DNA of 64,000 nucleotides from the human T2T-CHM13v2.0 reference genome, Homo sapiens: assembly GCF_009914755.1 (NCBI RefSeq), contig NC_060932.1; one strand, 5' to 3'. Under the pieces are notes generated by a model that worked only from the letters and a program-made list of their open reading frames with translations, searched no databases and was not told where the DNA came from. Both the position numbers and the translations under genes were made by a program. Below, piece by piece: positions 1-14,503 of the stretch; positions within the stretch are counted from its first letter, which is position 1, and every line of letters starts with the position of its first letter.

Positions 1-700
1 GGTCCAAAGTGGGAGGAGCTGTCAGATGGAGATAAGGAATATTTATGTACCATATATTCATTTACTTGCCATGCATGTATTGGCTACTACCATAATACCT
101 ACTAAACTGTGGTTCACCCTTTATGGCATTGAAACCAAGAGTGGTTCTGGCAGCTTCAAGAAATGAAATCTGGATTTTGAGATAAAAGCCTTCGGTTCAA
201 ATGCCAACTCCACTGGTTGCGGTTTGGGATCCTGGACTAGTGACTTCTTTTTAATTCCATTCTCCTCTTTTGAACAGTTGGGATAACAATAGCTGCCTCT
301 TGTCTGACATTCCCCTGGTGCACACCATAGTCCTAGGTGAGTTAGCACTGAGCCTTTCCACTTCCCTGCACCTGCTCAATATAGAAACCACACTGACAAG
401 AAATTGAGATATGGGGCCTAAATGTAGGGCTTATTTGCATTGACAGTTGTAAACTGAATTCTGGAATCACAGATCTTCATATCATTCCAACCAAACCTTT
501 ACTTTAGCAGCAAAGTAAACAGGGGTCCAACAGAAAGCAAACCCTCCAGCAGTTTCATTGCAAGACTTGTAGTGAACAGAACCTCAAAAATATGTGAGCC
601 ACAGGAGGCACACAGGACAAGAGCAGAATTGGCAAACACCTGGGGTTCCAGAAAGGCTAAAGACAGATTAAAAACAGATCCCATTCCTTGAGGAACTTAC

Positions 701-754
701 AGGTGACCCTTGGATTCCTGGTGGTCCAGCAGCTCCTGCAATTCCATCTGCCCC
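701..754 (-). CDS. COL22A1: Collagen exon, 54 bp, GADGIAGAAGPPGIQGSP
   Basis: Acceptor ttgtcttttttag, donor CCT|gtaagt; 6 Gly-X-Y triplets. Confidence 0.95.
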
Positions 755-837
755 CTAAAAAAGACAAGGCAGAAAGCTAGTTTCTTGTGCATCTAGACAG
801 AGGTCATTAGCACCCTCTGCTTTGAATACAAAGCAAT

Positions 838-1243
838 TGATATGGTTGGTTATCTGTCCCCTCCAAATCTCATGTTGAAATGTGATTCCCAATATTGTAG
901 GTGGGCCCTGGTGGGAGGTGACTGAATCATGGAGACAGATCTCTCACGAATGGTTTAGCACAATCCCCTTGGTGATAAGTGAGCCCCCACTCAGTTCATG
1001 CAAGATCTGGTTGTTTAGAAGTCTAGGACCTCCCCACCTTTACTCTCTTGCTTCTGCTCTTGCCATGTGACACACCTGGCCTTCCTCTATGATGGGAAGT
1101 TCCCTGCGGTCTCATCAGAAGTCAAGAAGATGCTGGTATCATGCTTGTACAGTCTACAGAACTGAGCCAATAAAACCTCTTTTCTTTATAAATTATTCAA
1201 CCTCAGGTATTTCTTTGTAGCAATGTAAAAACATCCTAATATA
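838..1243 (+). mobile_element. MaLR solo LTR (MSTA/MSTB-like)
   Basis: Begins tgatatggttgg...gtcccctccaaatctcatgttgaaatgtgat, ends ...ctaatata; flanked by near-TSD gcaat/gcaac. Confidence 0.85.
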
Positions 1244-1624
1244 GCAACACACAGATCTTACATTCTGTGCCCCTTCCTAGCTTCCTGAACCATAAATATT
1301 TCAAATGTGCTTCTGCCTCTTCATCAGGCTGAGCTATTCTCTGGGAATACATGATGTTCAGAGAATAGCATCCACATTTTAGGACGGGCCAATGCATTAG
1401 CCAGGCAGTCACCCCTTTGAAAACAGTAAATGAACTCACTTCAGGATGGGCATTTTCAGCTAATATCAGGCAACATTTCAGGACAAAAAGTAATAAATGG
1501 ACAACTCGATTTATCTTCCAGGAGATTAGGAAGGCAATTGCTGTGTCAACTCAAGGGTGAAGAGATGCACAGATGGATGAATGGAAGAAGACTTCTATGC
1601 AGCCGAGCAAGCAGCTCAAAGTGA

Positions 1625-1999
1625 GCTCCAGGCACACTTTTGCTGGGGACTCTTGCATATGCTGTTTCTTCCCCCTACATTCTAGTCCCTCACATATGCA
1701 CAGGCCTCATACCCTCCCATCCTACAGGTCTTAGCTCAGATATCAGCTTCTCAGTGAAAGGTTTTCTGCCTACCAGACCCAAAACTGAAAGACCTACCCT
1801 TCCTCATCCCTGCCCTGGGGAGGTCCCTTTTCTGTCTACCTTCCTCCATAGCACCTGCAAAAATCTGACATGCTAGTGTTTATTGATTTCTCATTTATTT
1901 AGTGTTCCTCATTGGAACACTAAATTTAGTTCCTCATTGGAACTAAAACAGTACCTGGGATATAGTAAATAATCAATATTCTTGAATAAATGAATGAAT
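1625..1999 (+). mobile_element. L2 3' end fragment
   Basis: Ends in acagtacctgggatatagtaaataatcaatattcttgaataaatgaatgaat, the typical L2 tail; boundaries approximate. Confidence 0.65.
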
Positions 2000-2194
2000 T
2001 AGAAGTTGAACTGACTGGGTTATGAAGGCAGCAGTTCTTTAGACAAATTCACACATGTGCCTCTTACTAGCTTTGGTTGAGTCATGTAACATCTCTCAAC
2101 TTTAGTTTCCTTCACAGTGAAAGGCTGGAAATTGCACATGCCATTAGGAAGGGGAGGAGCAATGCGGCAATGCTTACAAGGTGCTAGGCACAGA

Positions 2195-2405
2195 AGAGAG
2201 GGTATTGGTTAAGAGTGCAGCCTCTTAGAGTTCGAGTTCCTGAGCCCATATCCCATTTCTCCACTCAACAGCTGTATAAGCCTAGGAAACTTACTTGACC
2301 CCTCTGTATTTCAGTTCCTTTGTAAAATGAAGGAAAAGAACAGCACCTATTTTACATGGGTTGTTGAGAAAATGGAATTCATGACACATAAGGAGTTAGC
2401 ACCAG
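2195..2405 (+). mobile_element. MIR SINE
   Basis: MIR core: ggaaacttacttgacccctctgtatttcagttcctttgtaaaatg; boundaries approximate. Confidence 0.7.
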
Positions 2406-5016
2406 AGAAATGCTAAGGGCTGTCCAATAGGGACCTTCCATGAATATAAGTGTCTATTGTCCACCCACAACAAGGAATCCTGCAGATATTAACTAAATAT
2501 AAAAGCATAAATAAGCAAGTTCCCGCAGTACTCTATTGATGTCTTTCCAGCAGCCTTTATTTAATTGTTGCATACTTTTATCAAGCGCCTAAACTGTACT
2601 AGGTACAAGCCAAATTTTAGAGATGTAAAAATGACTACATCATGGTCTTGGATCTCAAGGAAATTTGATATAACTGTAGAAGACCTGTCTTATTTTCCAT
2701 GTATGACAAACTCCTGGGGCAGGGTGCAATCAGATTTGTCTCTATCACTTCTACTAGGTAGGGACCCAGTAAATGTTCATGAAATAAAGGGAGAGTGATA
2801 ATATTTTAACAAGTAACCTAAGGTTCATGCTTTAATTAAATATGTAGTCCAAAGCTAATATAACAAATCTAGATTTTTCCACATAACTTTGATAAAAAGC
2901 TTCTGGCATCCTAGAGTCTGGAATCTTGCCAAGTTGAAAAAAAATTCCCTACTGCATATGGGGATGGGGTAAGTGTTTTATCTGGAATAAGGATGCTGAC
3001 TGAGCACCAGAAAATAAATACTAAAAGAAAGGGCTTTGTCAGCTCGCTACCCATATCCCTGCATATTTCCAACAGGGCCTGACAATTAATAAGCACTTGA
3101 AAACAAGCAACAACAAAGAGCAAAACTAAAACAATGCATACATGACCAGAAAGGTTAATTTTCTGCTGTGGAGTTGCTTCTGCATGATTGGCTGCTGAAC
3201 CTAAACAGGCAGCTGCCTCAGCATCCATTCTCACAGGCTATTAACAGTACAAAGCACGACACAAAATAGAAGCTCAATAAACATCTGCCAAGTGAATTGA
3301 AAGCATTAATCAGCTGGAGACAGACAAGCTGGCTTCTGATTATGATTGTTTCTGGGCCTCCAATACATCATCTAGCATGAGAATAATAAGCCAGGAGTCA
3401 TTTCCTACAATAGTCATAGAGTTCTAACTTATTGCAGCTTCCAGTGAGAACAGATCAGGATTTTGGTTTCATTGGGAACATGTTATGGGGTTTGGAACTA
3501 CCAGGGTGGAGTGGAGATGAGGCTGTAATCCATTATTCATTTTCTGAGATCCTCAGCTGTTAAGGAGCACAATGTCATTTAGGAAGCTAATGTCATCATA
3601 ATATACAATTATTCGTGAATAAACTATTTTTTAAGTAAAATTAGTTACCTCTCAAATGCCCCTCTTTGCTTAACACTAACACCTCTCCCTACTACTGATC
3701 GTATCAGCATCATTATCAGTTTCTCTTTTTGCTGATTGTCAGACGCTACAAAATCCAATAATATTCAAATACAGTGCAAAGCAACTACTAAGTGAAATTA
3801 TAAGCCTTGAAAGAATTGTAGAATTTTGTGAAGTTAAATGACAGCAAACTGATAAATTCCCTACAATATCCTTCACAAATGTGCACATGGCAGAGTTGGG
3901 CCAGGTAAGATGTGAGGCTGAGAAATTAAAAATAATATTAACATCAAAGGCGCTTGGGAGGAAAATGTGTTGAATATTAAAGACTTAAAGTAGGCTTTCT
4001 GGGAAACTGAATAGTGCTTTTGTAGATAATTTACCTTTTTGTGAGTTTGCTCTAAAAGTCAACATGAAGTGAAAGATGCCATGTCATGCTTTCATCGGAT
4101 TTTATTGAAAATATACACTTAAAACAACTTAATTTATTCCACTAATTAACACACAGTTAACAACTAGAAGTTGAGTTGTTTAAAAAGATGACAAAGCAAG
4201 CTTAATTTCATATATTTTAAATTTATACTCCTAACTGAACTTCTTTTCACTATACTTTCAAACAGGGTATTTCCTATTTGAAGGGGGATCCTTTTCGGTG
4301 GTCTTTCAGTCATTCCAGAAATCCTCTCCTTGCAAGGTCTGGGACAAGGGTCTCATGTGGAACCCATGGGAAATCCCAGGGGACTGGTCCTGGGCTTGGC
4401 AGGAACACTAATTTCCAGTGCCTGTTGCCATGGCTACCCATGATGGATATGTGGGCTGCAACAGCAGTGGACTCTGATCAGAGGAGGAACATGACTAATC
4501 TATGGGCAGCCTACACTGAAGGCAGAGGGAAATGGTGAGAAGGGCACCAGTCAATGTCAAGGCTACAGCTACTGTAAAAGCAGAGAGAACATTTGCTCAG
4601 GGGGCCCAGTGGAGATCATTGAGATAATATCAAGACAGGCTCCCCATAACATGGGGAAAGCTGCTTACAATTTCTCATTTTCTACCTTCTTTGCTTGCCA
4701 TCATAATCTTGAAATACTAGCTTCCTACCCACCAAAGCTCAATTTGAAAAAAGAAGAAGTCCGTCTGTCTTTGCCAATGTCCCCCAGTCCCAACATCACT
4801 CTAATTGCATGGTCCATCAAGCCTACTCCAGACCGTCTGCACTTTCCCCCACATGCCTGTGGGACTTGCATTTTTAGGACAACTCTGTCACCTTTTGGGT
4901 GTTGGGCCATCCCTTAAAATGAGAGATATGCTCAGTGTCATACCATGCCTGGTGAGTTGAGATGTGCATTCAAATGTCAAGGCCGAAAGAGGAGGGGATT
5001 AAAGATGATTACTTAC

Positions 5017-5070
5017 TGGTGGCCCGGGGTTCCCTGGGGGCCCCATGAAACCTGGAACTCCAGGATGACC
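5017..5070 (-). CDS. COL22A1: Collagen exon, 54 bp, GHPGVPGFMGPPGNPGPP
   Basis: Acceptor gtgttttcctag, donor CCA|gtaagt. Confidence 0.95.
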
Positions 5071-6490
5071 CTAGGAAAACACAAGATGCAATTCTTTAAA
5101 ATGACTTGAAAAATACTTTTTACTTTGTGCAAATATCAAATTTCAGAAAACAATACAGAATCCACCTTCCAACCCTACTAACAATTTTGCTTAAAGACAC
5201 TGACAATAAAAGGGACTTCTTTTTATATATCTCAATAATAACTGACAACATTTATAAAAACAAACATGTCCTGAAAGCGGATTTGCTTCAAAATAATGTG
5301 TGGGCAGGGGGTGTGGAGAAATGGTTGAGGACATAAATGAAAACAAGAGGGGCCATAATAATTGAAAGCTGTTGTGGTTAAGTGCAGGGTACATAAATGT
5401 TCATTTTATTACAGTCTTTATTCTTTAGATATGCTTGAAGTGTTTCATAATAAAAACATAAAAAACAAATAAATGCACAGAAACACAATGTACACAATGG
5501 AAATGGTTAGGTTAACTGAATTACAGCCTCCATATTCTGGCAATATTACAGTTATTTTAAGCAAGAGATTTGTTTCTCCATGTGTAGAGGAGTCTATTGC
5601 ATATTATAGAATGAGCTGAAAAAGTTATAGAACAAAGCTTGGAATCTAACACTTAGTCTTGTACAACAATGTTATGAAACCAAATAAACCACCAAGAAAC
5701 AAATGATTTCTCTGCCCTCCACCTCCAAGCCTTACCACTGAAACCACAGGCTACACCATTCAATGTAGAGTACATTGCCTTTGATAAGTCATTCTCATAA
5801 GAATAATCCAAACACATTTTGTTTTTCCAAATACAGAAGAGATTTTAGCCAAGGAGCTCATTCAGACTTTGAGCACTGCTCTCATCTCACTGCCTGTGGG
5901 TTACTCGTTCATGTCCCTCATGCCCTCACTGAACTGCAAGCCCAGTGAGGTCAGGAGTTTGTCTGCGAGTCATTCCAGATCTCAGAGCCAGGTGCAGTGC
6001 CTGGCATGGAATTGGCTGACAATGAGCACTGGCTGTGAGATGCAGAAGAGAGGGAGAAGTAAAGGGGAGGGCAGCTGGGAGAGGAGAGAAAAGAGAACAG
6101 GGAAAAGGATGACAGCAGCAAAGCAGAAGGATAACAGTCATTTCCGTTGGCAGGAAGGGTGGTAGAATTGGACTGGGCAGAAATCAGCTGGTTGTGCTGG
6201 ATAGAGGATGATAGGTAGGCCATGCTCAGATCCACAGAGAGAGCAGTGAGCCCTTATTGGTACCATCCTATAGCACATTAGGAGCAGTGGTCCAGCAGGC
6301 CTGGATGGGCACTGATCTGATCAGAGCATGGAGTATCTGTGAAGCATTTCAGCTAGCAGCAAGAGAGCCAGGCAACAGTTAATTGAGATGATGGGAGGGA
6401 AGAAGGGGGAATTTTTTAATGAGTGTCCATTTCAGTGAAAAAAAAAGTAAAGGTAAAATAGTACAAAAAGAAAGAAAAGAGAAGGAAGAA

Positions 6491-6585
6491 AGGAAAGGAA
6501 AGGAAAGGAAAGGAAAGGAAAGGAAAGGAAAGGAAAGGAAAGGAAAGGAAAGGAAAGGAAAGGAAAGGAAAGGCAAGGCAAGGCA
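6491..6585. repeat. (AGGAA)16(AGGCA)3 pentanucleotide microsatellite
   Basis: Read directly from sequence. Confidence 0.95.
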
Positions 6586-6788
6586 GGGAGGCTTCTCCAA
6601 TAATTGAGGGAGAGAGGGCACTTAGAGTGAACCAGAGATACCAAGATGAAAACCATAAAAATGAGATTTTAAAAAATCCTGCTACAGGCAAAGAAAAGAC
6701 AAGGAATGACATTGTACAATGGAAGCCACCTGGGAGAAACAGTGCTCCTTCCTCAGGGTGAATGGTTCCTTATAAAGTAAATTTTTAC

Positions 6789-6842
6789 CTGATCACCTTT
6801 CTGCCCAACCTCACCATCTGCACCACGTTCTCCTTGACTTCC
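6789..6842 (-). CDS. COL22A1: Collagen exon, 54 bp, GSQGERGADGEVGQKGDQ
   Basis: Acceptor tttttttcctttcaag, donor CAG|gtaaaa. Confidence 0.95.
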
Positions 6843-7836
6843 CTTGAAAGGAAAAAAAAGAAAAGAAAGATGTCACTGGAAATTTTAATAGGAAAACAAA
6901 AATCATTTTCATGCATTCATTCATCCATTCATTAATTCTCCAAAAATCTCTTATCAAGTTCCTGTGGTAGCTCAGGCACGGTGGCAGCAGATAGATAGAA
7001 ACAGGGCCTGGTTGAGGATGTGTGATAAAATGGCTTAACTGGGATTTGGGGTATGGGGTTGGAGAGCGGGCAGCAGGAAAGGGGCCAGGGAGGCAGGCAG
7101 GGCTTATTTCTTTGAGAGCCTTGCATGTCAACATCTGATGTTAGATTTAGTTGTAGGCACTGGAAACCATTAAAAGGATGTGAAATTGTCCTAGGTTCTA
7201 GCTGTGGGTATAGTGTGGGATAGGCTAGTGGTCCAGGCTATAGAGAAAAGGGTCAGTTAAAAACAAGTGGTGTTCCAGGAGTGGCAGGAAAAGAGGCAGA
7301 ATAAACCCAGGGTCTGCAGGCCTTGCAGAACAGGTGTGAGGGTGAGGGAGAAGGAGAAGTTTAGATGGTGGCCAGCAGGAGCAGCAGCACCAAACGGGAA
7401 GCTTTGGAAGAATTTATCCATACATAAGTTCCTTGCTCCCTCCCTTACTAGCTGTGAGACTTTGAGGAGCCACTTCACTAAAACTGCTCAAGTTGTTCGT
7501 TTGTTTTGTAACCTACAAGAACAAGAAAACAATGATGCCTACCCTGTGAAAATGTTAGAGAATAAAATAACAAATGGGAAACACTTGGCATAGAGCCCAG
7601 AACACAGTAAAAGCTCAATAAATCTTAGTCATAATTATTATCTTCTTTATTTTGCCACTTGCTAACTGTGTGTCATTGGACAAGATACTTAAACTCTCTG
7701 TCTTCTTACTTCTAAAATGAGAATCATAAAATAGTATCTTTGTCATGGGGTTACTGTGAGAGTTAAATGACCTAAAATATACAAAGTGCTTAGACTTATG
7801 ACAGGTTGTGTGTTAGCTCTCAAAAAAACATTAGCT

Positions 7837-8140
7837 ATCATCATTCTCATTGTCAGTATCACCATGATGATCATCATGATCATTATCATCACCATCACCA
7901 TCATTATTATTCCATAACCATCATCACCATAATCACTATCATAATCATGATCACCATCAACATCAGCACCACCAGAGCTATTATCATCACTGTTTCCATC
8001 ACCGTCATCATCCTCATCTTCACCATCATCATCGTCTACATCATAATGATCAACAACACCATGACTATTGTCATCACCATCATCCTCATCATCATCATTG
8101 TCATCATTATTGCCATTGTCATCATCATCATGGTCATCAA
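7837..8140. repeat. Degenerate (CAT/CAC)n trinucleotide repeat at the end of a MIR
   Basis: ~300 bp of atc/acc triplets; it is the source of the His/Ile-rich spurious ORF 7806-8198. Confidence 0.9.
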
Positions 8141-9589
8141 GATGCTCAAAATATACAACCTACCAAAAATACTTTTCACAGACCACCCAAGAAAGTAACA
8201 TCCAAAGGTTCAAATTCTTTAACTATTATCTACCTTAGCTCTGCCTTTATTGTGTTAATAAGTGTGTTTCAGCAAAATGTTTTTAAAACAAAAACATTTC
8301 AATTCCTTTAAAAGAATGTATTATGCACTAAATAGGTTTGTGACTGTAGGTCAATCTTTGTTGTGGTTCTATGCCTGTCACCCCTTAACTTTGCATTCTT
8401 AAGCATATCATGTCCACTCTCTGGTCTCAGTTTGTTCATCTAGTAAATAAAGGATGAGGGGCAGGTCCATCTAGGAGGGTCCTTCAGGGGGTCCAGTGCC
8501 CCACAGTTCTCTCATGGAAACATCAAGTCCAGCCCTCTTTCAATCCAGACTGTTCTACCACCTCAGCAGACCACTGATGACAGTGACTATCTAATAATCC
8601 CCCCTCTCTCTCTGTGATATATTGGGAGGGTTAGGTGAGCTCATATCTGTGAAGTGCTAAATATCATTGTTTAGAAGAGAAAAAAAATGGAGTCAGAGAG
8701 AAAGAGCATTTCTTCTGACATTTTTCCACGTAATTATTTTTACTGTTTCTAAATCTAAATAAAGGCATCACACCCTCTGCAGATCATGTTGTAATCAATG
8801 AAAAGAAGTGACACAGATTAGCCCACTGCTTCCTTAACATTTAGGACAATTGCCTTAAAAGTAAATGGCTTCCTTTCAAATTCCAGTCCTCAGTCTGGGT
8901 TTAGACTAGTTTCAACACTCATGTTGCAACAATGAAAATGTCAGCAGCTCAAGGATCTCCACAGTTGTCCCTGTCTCCTACTCCAGCGTAGGTCAGGGAT
9001 CAAAGCAAACACACCCACCCCCAAGCCTGATTCACTTCCTTCCAGAGAAGGGCGCTGACATTTACAGAGCCCCGACTCTTCCAGGAACTCTGCCAAGGCT
9101 TCCCACATGATATCCCATTACATATATTTCCTTGTTTATATCTTGAACTGATGCAAAAATATTTAATATGTCTTTATTCTCTTATTGAGCCAGTAAGTCT
9201 ACTCTCTGAGGTAGGGCTTATTATCAGAGTGTTAGATAATAAATCTGAAGACCAGACAGGTTCAGTCATTCACCTGAGCTCACACAGCTTATAGAAAGCA
9301 AGGTCTGGAATCTAATCCAGATCCATTTGTCTGATGATCAAATATCCAAGCTGGCTTTCTCTGCCCAAATTACTTTTCCGGCTATTTTCCTAGAACATGA
9401 TGCCTTATCCAACAGGTTTCAAGATGTCAAGTGCACTGGATTTATAGTCAGAAAGACTGACTGACCATGCTGAGCATAGGCCAGACAGCTTTCTATACAC
9501 TGGATATATAACAATCAATGAAACAGATAAAAACCATGTGCACTGGGCATTCATATTTAGTCCTCTTCAGAAGAGGTTTATTAAAGAGT

Positions 9590-10293
9590 CATTTCAAGGG
9601 CTTAATTCCCCCTGTTGAAAATAAGGAAAGAAACTTCGCCCCACTCAGTTTACTGAAAACACTTACTTTTGAAAACTTGTTATTGTTAGTTTTTTTTTAG
9701 GGGGGGTCTCTTTGAAAGGTATGCAAATACTTTTAAAAGCTAAATGAGACTTTTGCTAGCTTTGTGACCCAGGAACTCAGCAATGTCTTTCTGAAGGACC
9801 TAGGAACCATCTCTTTGAAATAGAATCAGCAAAGAGATAGTATTCCTATCCATCTCCCAGTTCCTGTGAAACAGTAGAAGCCCAACTTCAGCAGATGCCT
9901 GGCTCCAAGTTGCAAATCTATTTCCTGCCATGAAGATGTGAGAAGTTTACCTTTGCATTGAATAAGGTCAATTAGTTAATACAGACACATAGACGGCCAC
10001 CGCAATTACCAGGTGAATCTAGGAAGGACATGCGGTGTCATTAAATCCTCTCACTTGAGGACTAGTTATTGCTTATCTTGACAACACGTATGTGATAGGT
10101 GGTTGTATCAGCTTGGCTATCTAAAAGAGTAAGATTTCTTTCAGTCTTTGCAATCTCTTAGCATATTGTCTGTAATGCAAATCACATTCTGGTTTAATGC
10201 TATTCAATAATAAAATTGTTTTCTTTCTCTTCTACCTTCGTGGAAAACCTCTCTGAGTTGGGAGATTTTGTTTTTAATTACATTTTTCCAGAA
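9590..10293 (+). mobile_element. ERV1 solo LTR (MER67C-like), copy 1
   Basis: cttaattccccctgttgaaaataagg...aattaccaggtgaatctagg...acttgaggactagttattg...ggagattttgtttttaatta; collinear with the copy at 18475-19162. Confidence 0.75.
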
Positions 10294-12795
10294 CCATCAT
10301 GTGCTAAGCACATGATAAAACAATCATTTGGAAGGTACATTCATACCAGGAATTGCTCTAAGAGTGCTGTCCTTCATGAACACACTGAACAGGCAATTTT
10401 CTCAAAAGGTTTTCAAACTTTTGAGGGCAGGGACTAAACTTTCCCAAGTTAGTAACTCTCTACGACTCTCAGAACAAACCCTTCTCCTAAACTTTTACAT
10501 GCTGTTGTCCTGCTTGGAAAACCTTTCTCCACCAATAGCTGGTAAATTCCTAACTAACCCTCCAATGCAATTAAAATCCTGCCTCCTCCAGGTGGCAACT
10601 AAAATCCTATCTCCTCCAGGTGGCCTTCACAGGTTACCCCTTGTTCTATGGTGTTAGTTTTCTTTCAGTCGTTTACTCTTCTACTGACAATTTGTTGTGG
10701 TTGTTGTTAACTCAAATGAAGCAAGTATTATGAGGACCACTTGCAGTTACATGTATTAAATGCTTCCTACCTGCTGTGATTTGTAAATTCCCCCTTGTTC
10801 AGTTCTCGCATTCTCATTATGAGACAGATTGTACAATTCTTTTTCAGATGAGGGACCCAAGGTACCAATGAGGGACCCAAGGTTCAGAGAATAATAAATG
10901 CCCAAGTCCTATAATTAGCAAGGAAAATTCACTCAGCTAATAAGAGGCAAAGTGGGTTGGGGACCACTGGCTTCCAAAGCCCAGGCCTGTGCCCACAGGC
11001 CTTGTTGGCTTCCTGCCTCCATCAGACATTCCTAAGTGTTCGCTGCAAGCTTGTAGGTCTTTCTTCTCTGTCACAGCATCAGGCTATGAAAGGAATGGCC
11101 CATATCTGACCTCTCTATATACCTCCTGACTTGAAAGGAAACTGTTAAGGTGATGCTTGGTGAGAATCTTTCAGAACCGTGGCAGTTACAGATGGAAAGA
11201 ATTTTCTGCTCTAGGAAAGAACATGGAGTAAGTGGCTCTGGGTTATTTTCTAGGCAGGATGGGAATCCCAAGGCTTTTTCAGGTAGTGCCAATGGCAGCA
11301 GGTATTATCTCTGCCTCCTCGGAGTCATCCATACCCTCCAAATGAGGACTTTTGCTCATTGGGTGTCTCTGGATCCATGCCAGGCCCCCTTTAGGTCCTA
11401 TTACTGGTTGGTGAACATGCTATAAGAAGGAAATAAAAACGCTTTTCGTAGGGGACAGAATAGTCATCATTTCCAACCCAAACAAGGCATTTACGTCTAA
11501 CTCTGTAGAATACATGCTCCCAGGGTCATTGCTGTGGTTACCATCTTGTTGCTTCTTCCTCCTTTACACGGATCATAACCACAACTGCAGCAACGATCTC
11601 CAGACCCTATATCTTAAAGTCAGTGTTTTATGTGAGTTCAAAGTCCTAGAATGGAGCTCTGTAGTTGACCGTGTGGCATGAGCCTCCTCATGCCGGCCAC
11701 TGAAGACAGCAGCTGCAAATCTGTAAGATAAACCTTGGGGAAGTTACTTCCCCGATGCTGCATTGCAACTGCAAACAAAGGAACCAAACCCTCTTGGCAG
11801 TGCAGGAGACCAATGAATGCCCAGAGCCTTTGGTTATGAAAGGATGCTGACAATGATTGTAAGTACTCCATCAGGGGTAGCATTTTCAGTTTACAAACTC
11901 ATCTTCACATCCCCAAGTCTAGTGGAGATACTGTTTGATAAATGAAGTTGAACAGAGAGGAAATGAAACAGTCTTTCTATTTTCTGGAAAGTAGTGTGGG
12001 GTAAATGACAAGCATAGAAGCTGGCTTGGGTTTCAAGCCAAGAACCACAATAGACTGAGTCCTCAGAGGACACATTTAACCCTTCTGTGATGCATTTTCT
12101 CAACAATAAGTGGTGACAAGGGGCAGCTATTGCAGACAGGAGCATTAGCAGATATAGTGTAGACTAAAGCATTGCACCCCATTAGGAGCTGTCCTGGGTG
12201 CTGGTGTTGGTATCAGCTGTTACTAAGGAGTATGACAAGACAATAACTACTCAGGGTACTGAAGTTGGACTACTAGTGGTCAACCCCAGTTATACCACCC
12301 ACTAGTTTTGTAGCTGTGGCATTTAATCTTGTTAAACCTTAGTTTCCTCATCTGTAAAGTGAAACAACAGCTCTGCCTCCTAGCATCATGCTGACAATTG
12401 CAGGAAATAGTAACCTGCTCCTTGGAACACTGAGCACTCTGCCCAACGCAACTGCCTGGGGCTCATCATGCAGGGTTAGATCACATGCCCCAAGGACTTC
12501 TCATGGTTGGAGTCACCATCCGCTCCTAAATGGAGCAAGAAGAACCCCTGTATTTCAGATGCAGCACTAATTGTTGTTCTTTTTTTCTGGATGGAAGCTT
12601 TCTGTTCTCAGAATATTTAAAGGAGCAAACCCTCCGTTGAAGCAAATTGTAAGGGAACAAAAGCAGGGCCGTTACTGAAAACATCAGCACTGCATGCAGG
12701 CTTGGGCTGAAGGAGAAAACAGTCCATACTTAATGGAGCTAGCTCCTTATCTGTTTAATTGATATGATTTTACTTCTTTGAATAAAGACAATTCT

Positions 12796-13092
<297 letters not shown>

Positions 13093-13656
13093 GGCAATTC
13101 CCCCTCAGCAGAGGCTAAGCCCAGCAGCCAGCAAGTTGACAGCAAAGGTTACTTAAGGATCAGTTAAAATTTGAAATTACAGGGCAAGAAGCTTGGCCTC
13201 AGCTGGTGATCCCAGAAAGAGAAGGTCATGCCCAGTAAGGAGTTCCAACATTTGAAGATGCTACACTTTCCTGATACCTTTCAATCTAACACTGCCCCGG
13301 GCAAATCTCTTGTTCTATCTGCACTGAGATCTGATATCTATAACTCCTGATGCAGGAGTCTTGCCTCTGTCAAAACCATCTAAATCTTCACAGTCCACGG
13401 GTCATGATCGCTAGATGTCTTAAGCTGTCAGCTAGGGTCTGGGAGACCTGGGTGTTTTCCATCTTGATATACCACAAGGCTGGTGCTGTTGTCACAACAT
13501 AGAATTATTGGTTTTTTGCTTGCTTTTTACCAGTCATAATAACAGTGCCAACACCCTTTTCCAGGGCTGGGCCTAGGGTAAGGAAAGTGAATCACTCACC
13601 TTGGGTACTGAATACCTCTTGCTGAGAAGCCAAAAGAAATAATATCCCTATGCAAT

Positions 13657-14144
<488 letters not shown>

Positions 14145-14503
14145 CCTATGCAATATTTTAAAAAGCCAAAGTCAATCTAAAATAACTCAAGATGATTGAA
14201 ATATCAAAATGTAAATGAACACAGGTATTTGACACTGCTGGAATTTGGCAGAAGTGAGTTAGGTAGGTCATTCAAGTGGAGGGTTGGGTCATGTCTTTAT
14301 TTTAAATTTTGATATTTTGTTCCTCATGAAATGATTGCATTACTTTTAAATTTTATAAAATATTGCATTAAAGTATTATTTACCTAGGTTGCTGAGGTTT
14401 TTGGCTTCTTAAATTTTATTCCCAAATCCTCACCCTAAATATGCGGCTGCCACCACTGTGACCGTAAGGGCTAAAAAAGCTAATGTCAAATGAGCACTTA
14501 CAA

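Noticed and set aside
6379-6712. FPFLS and KGKER repeat ORFs
   Set aside because: Translations of (AGGAA)n.
7806-8198. His-rich plus hydrophobic ORF resembling a membrane or metal-binding protein
   Set aside because: It is the product of the degenerate (CAT)n repeat.
10848-10883. 16-bp direct repeat ATGAGGGACCCAAGGT
   Set aside because: A simple slippage duplication within a MIR core; nothing suggests function.
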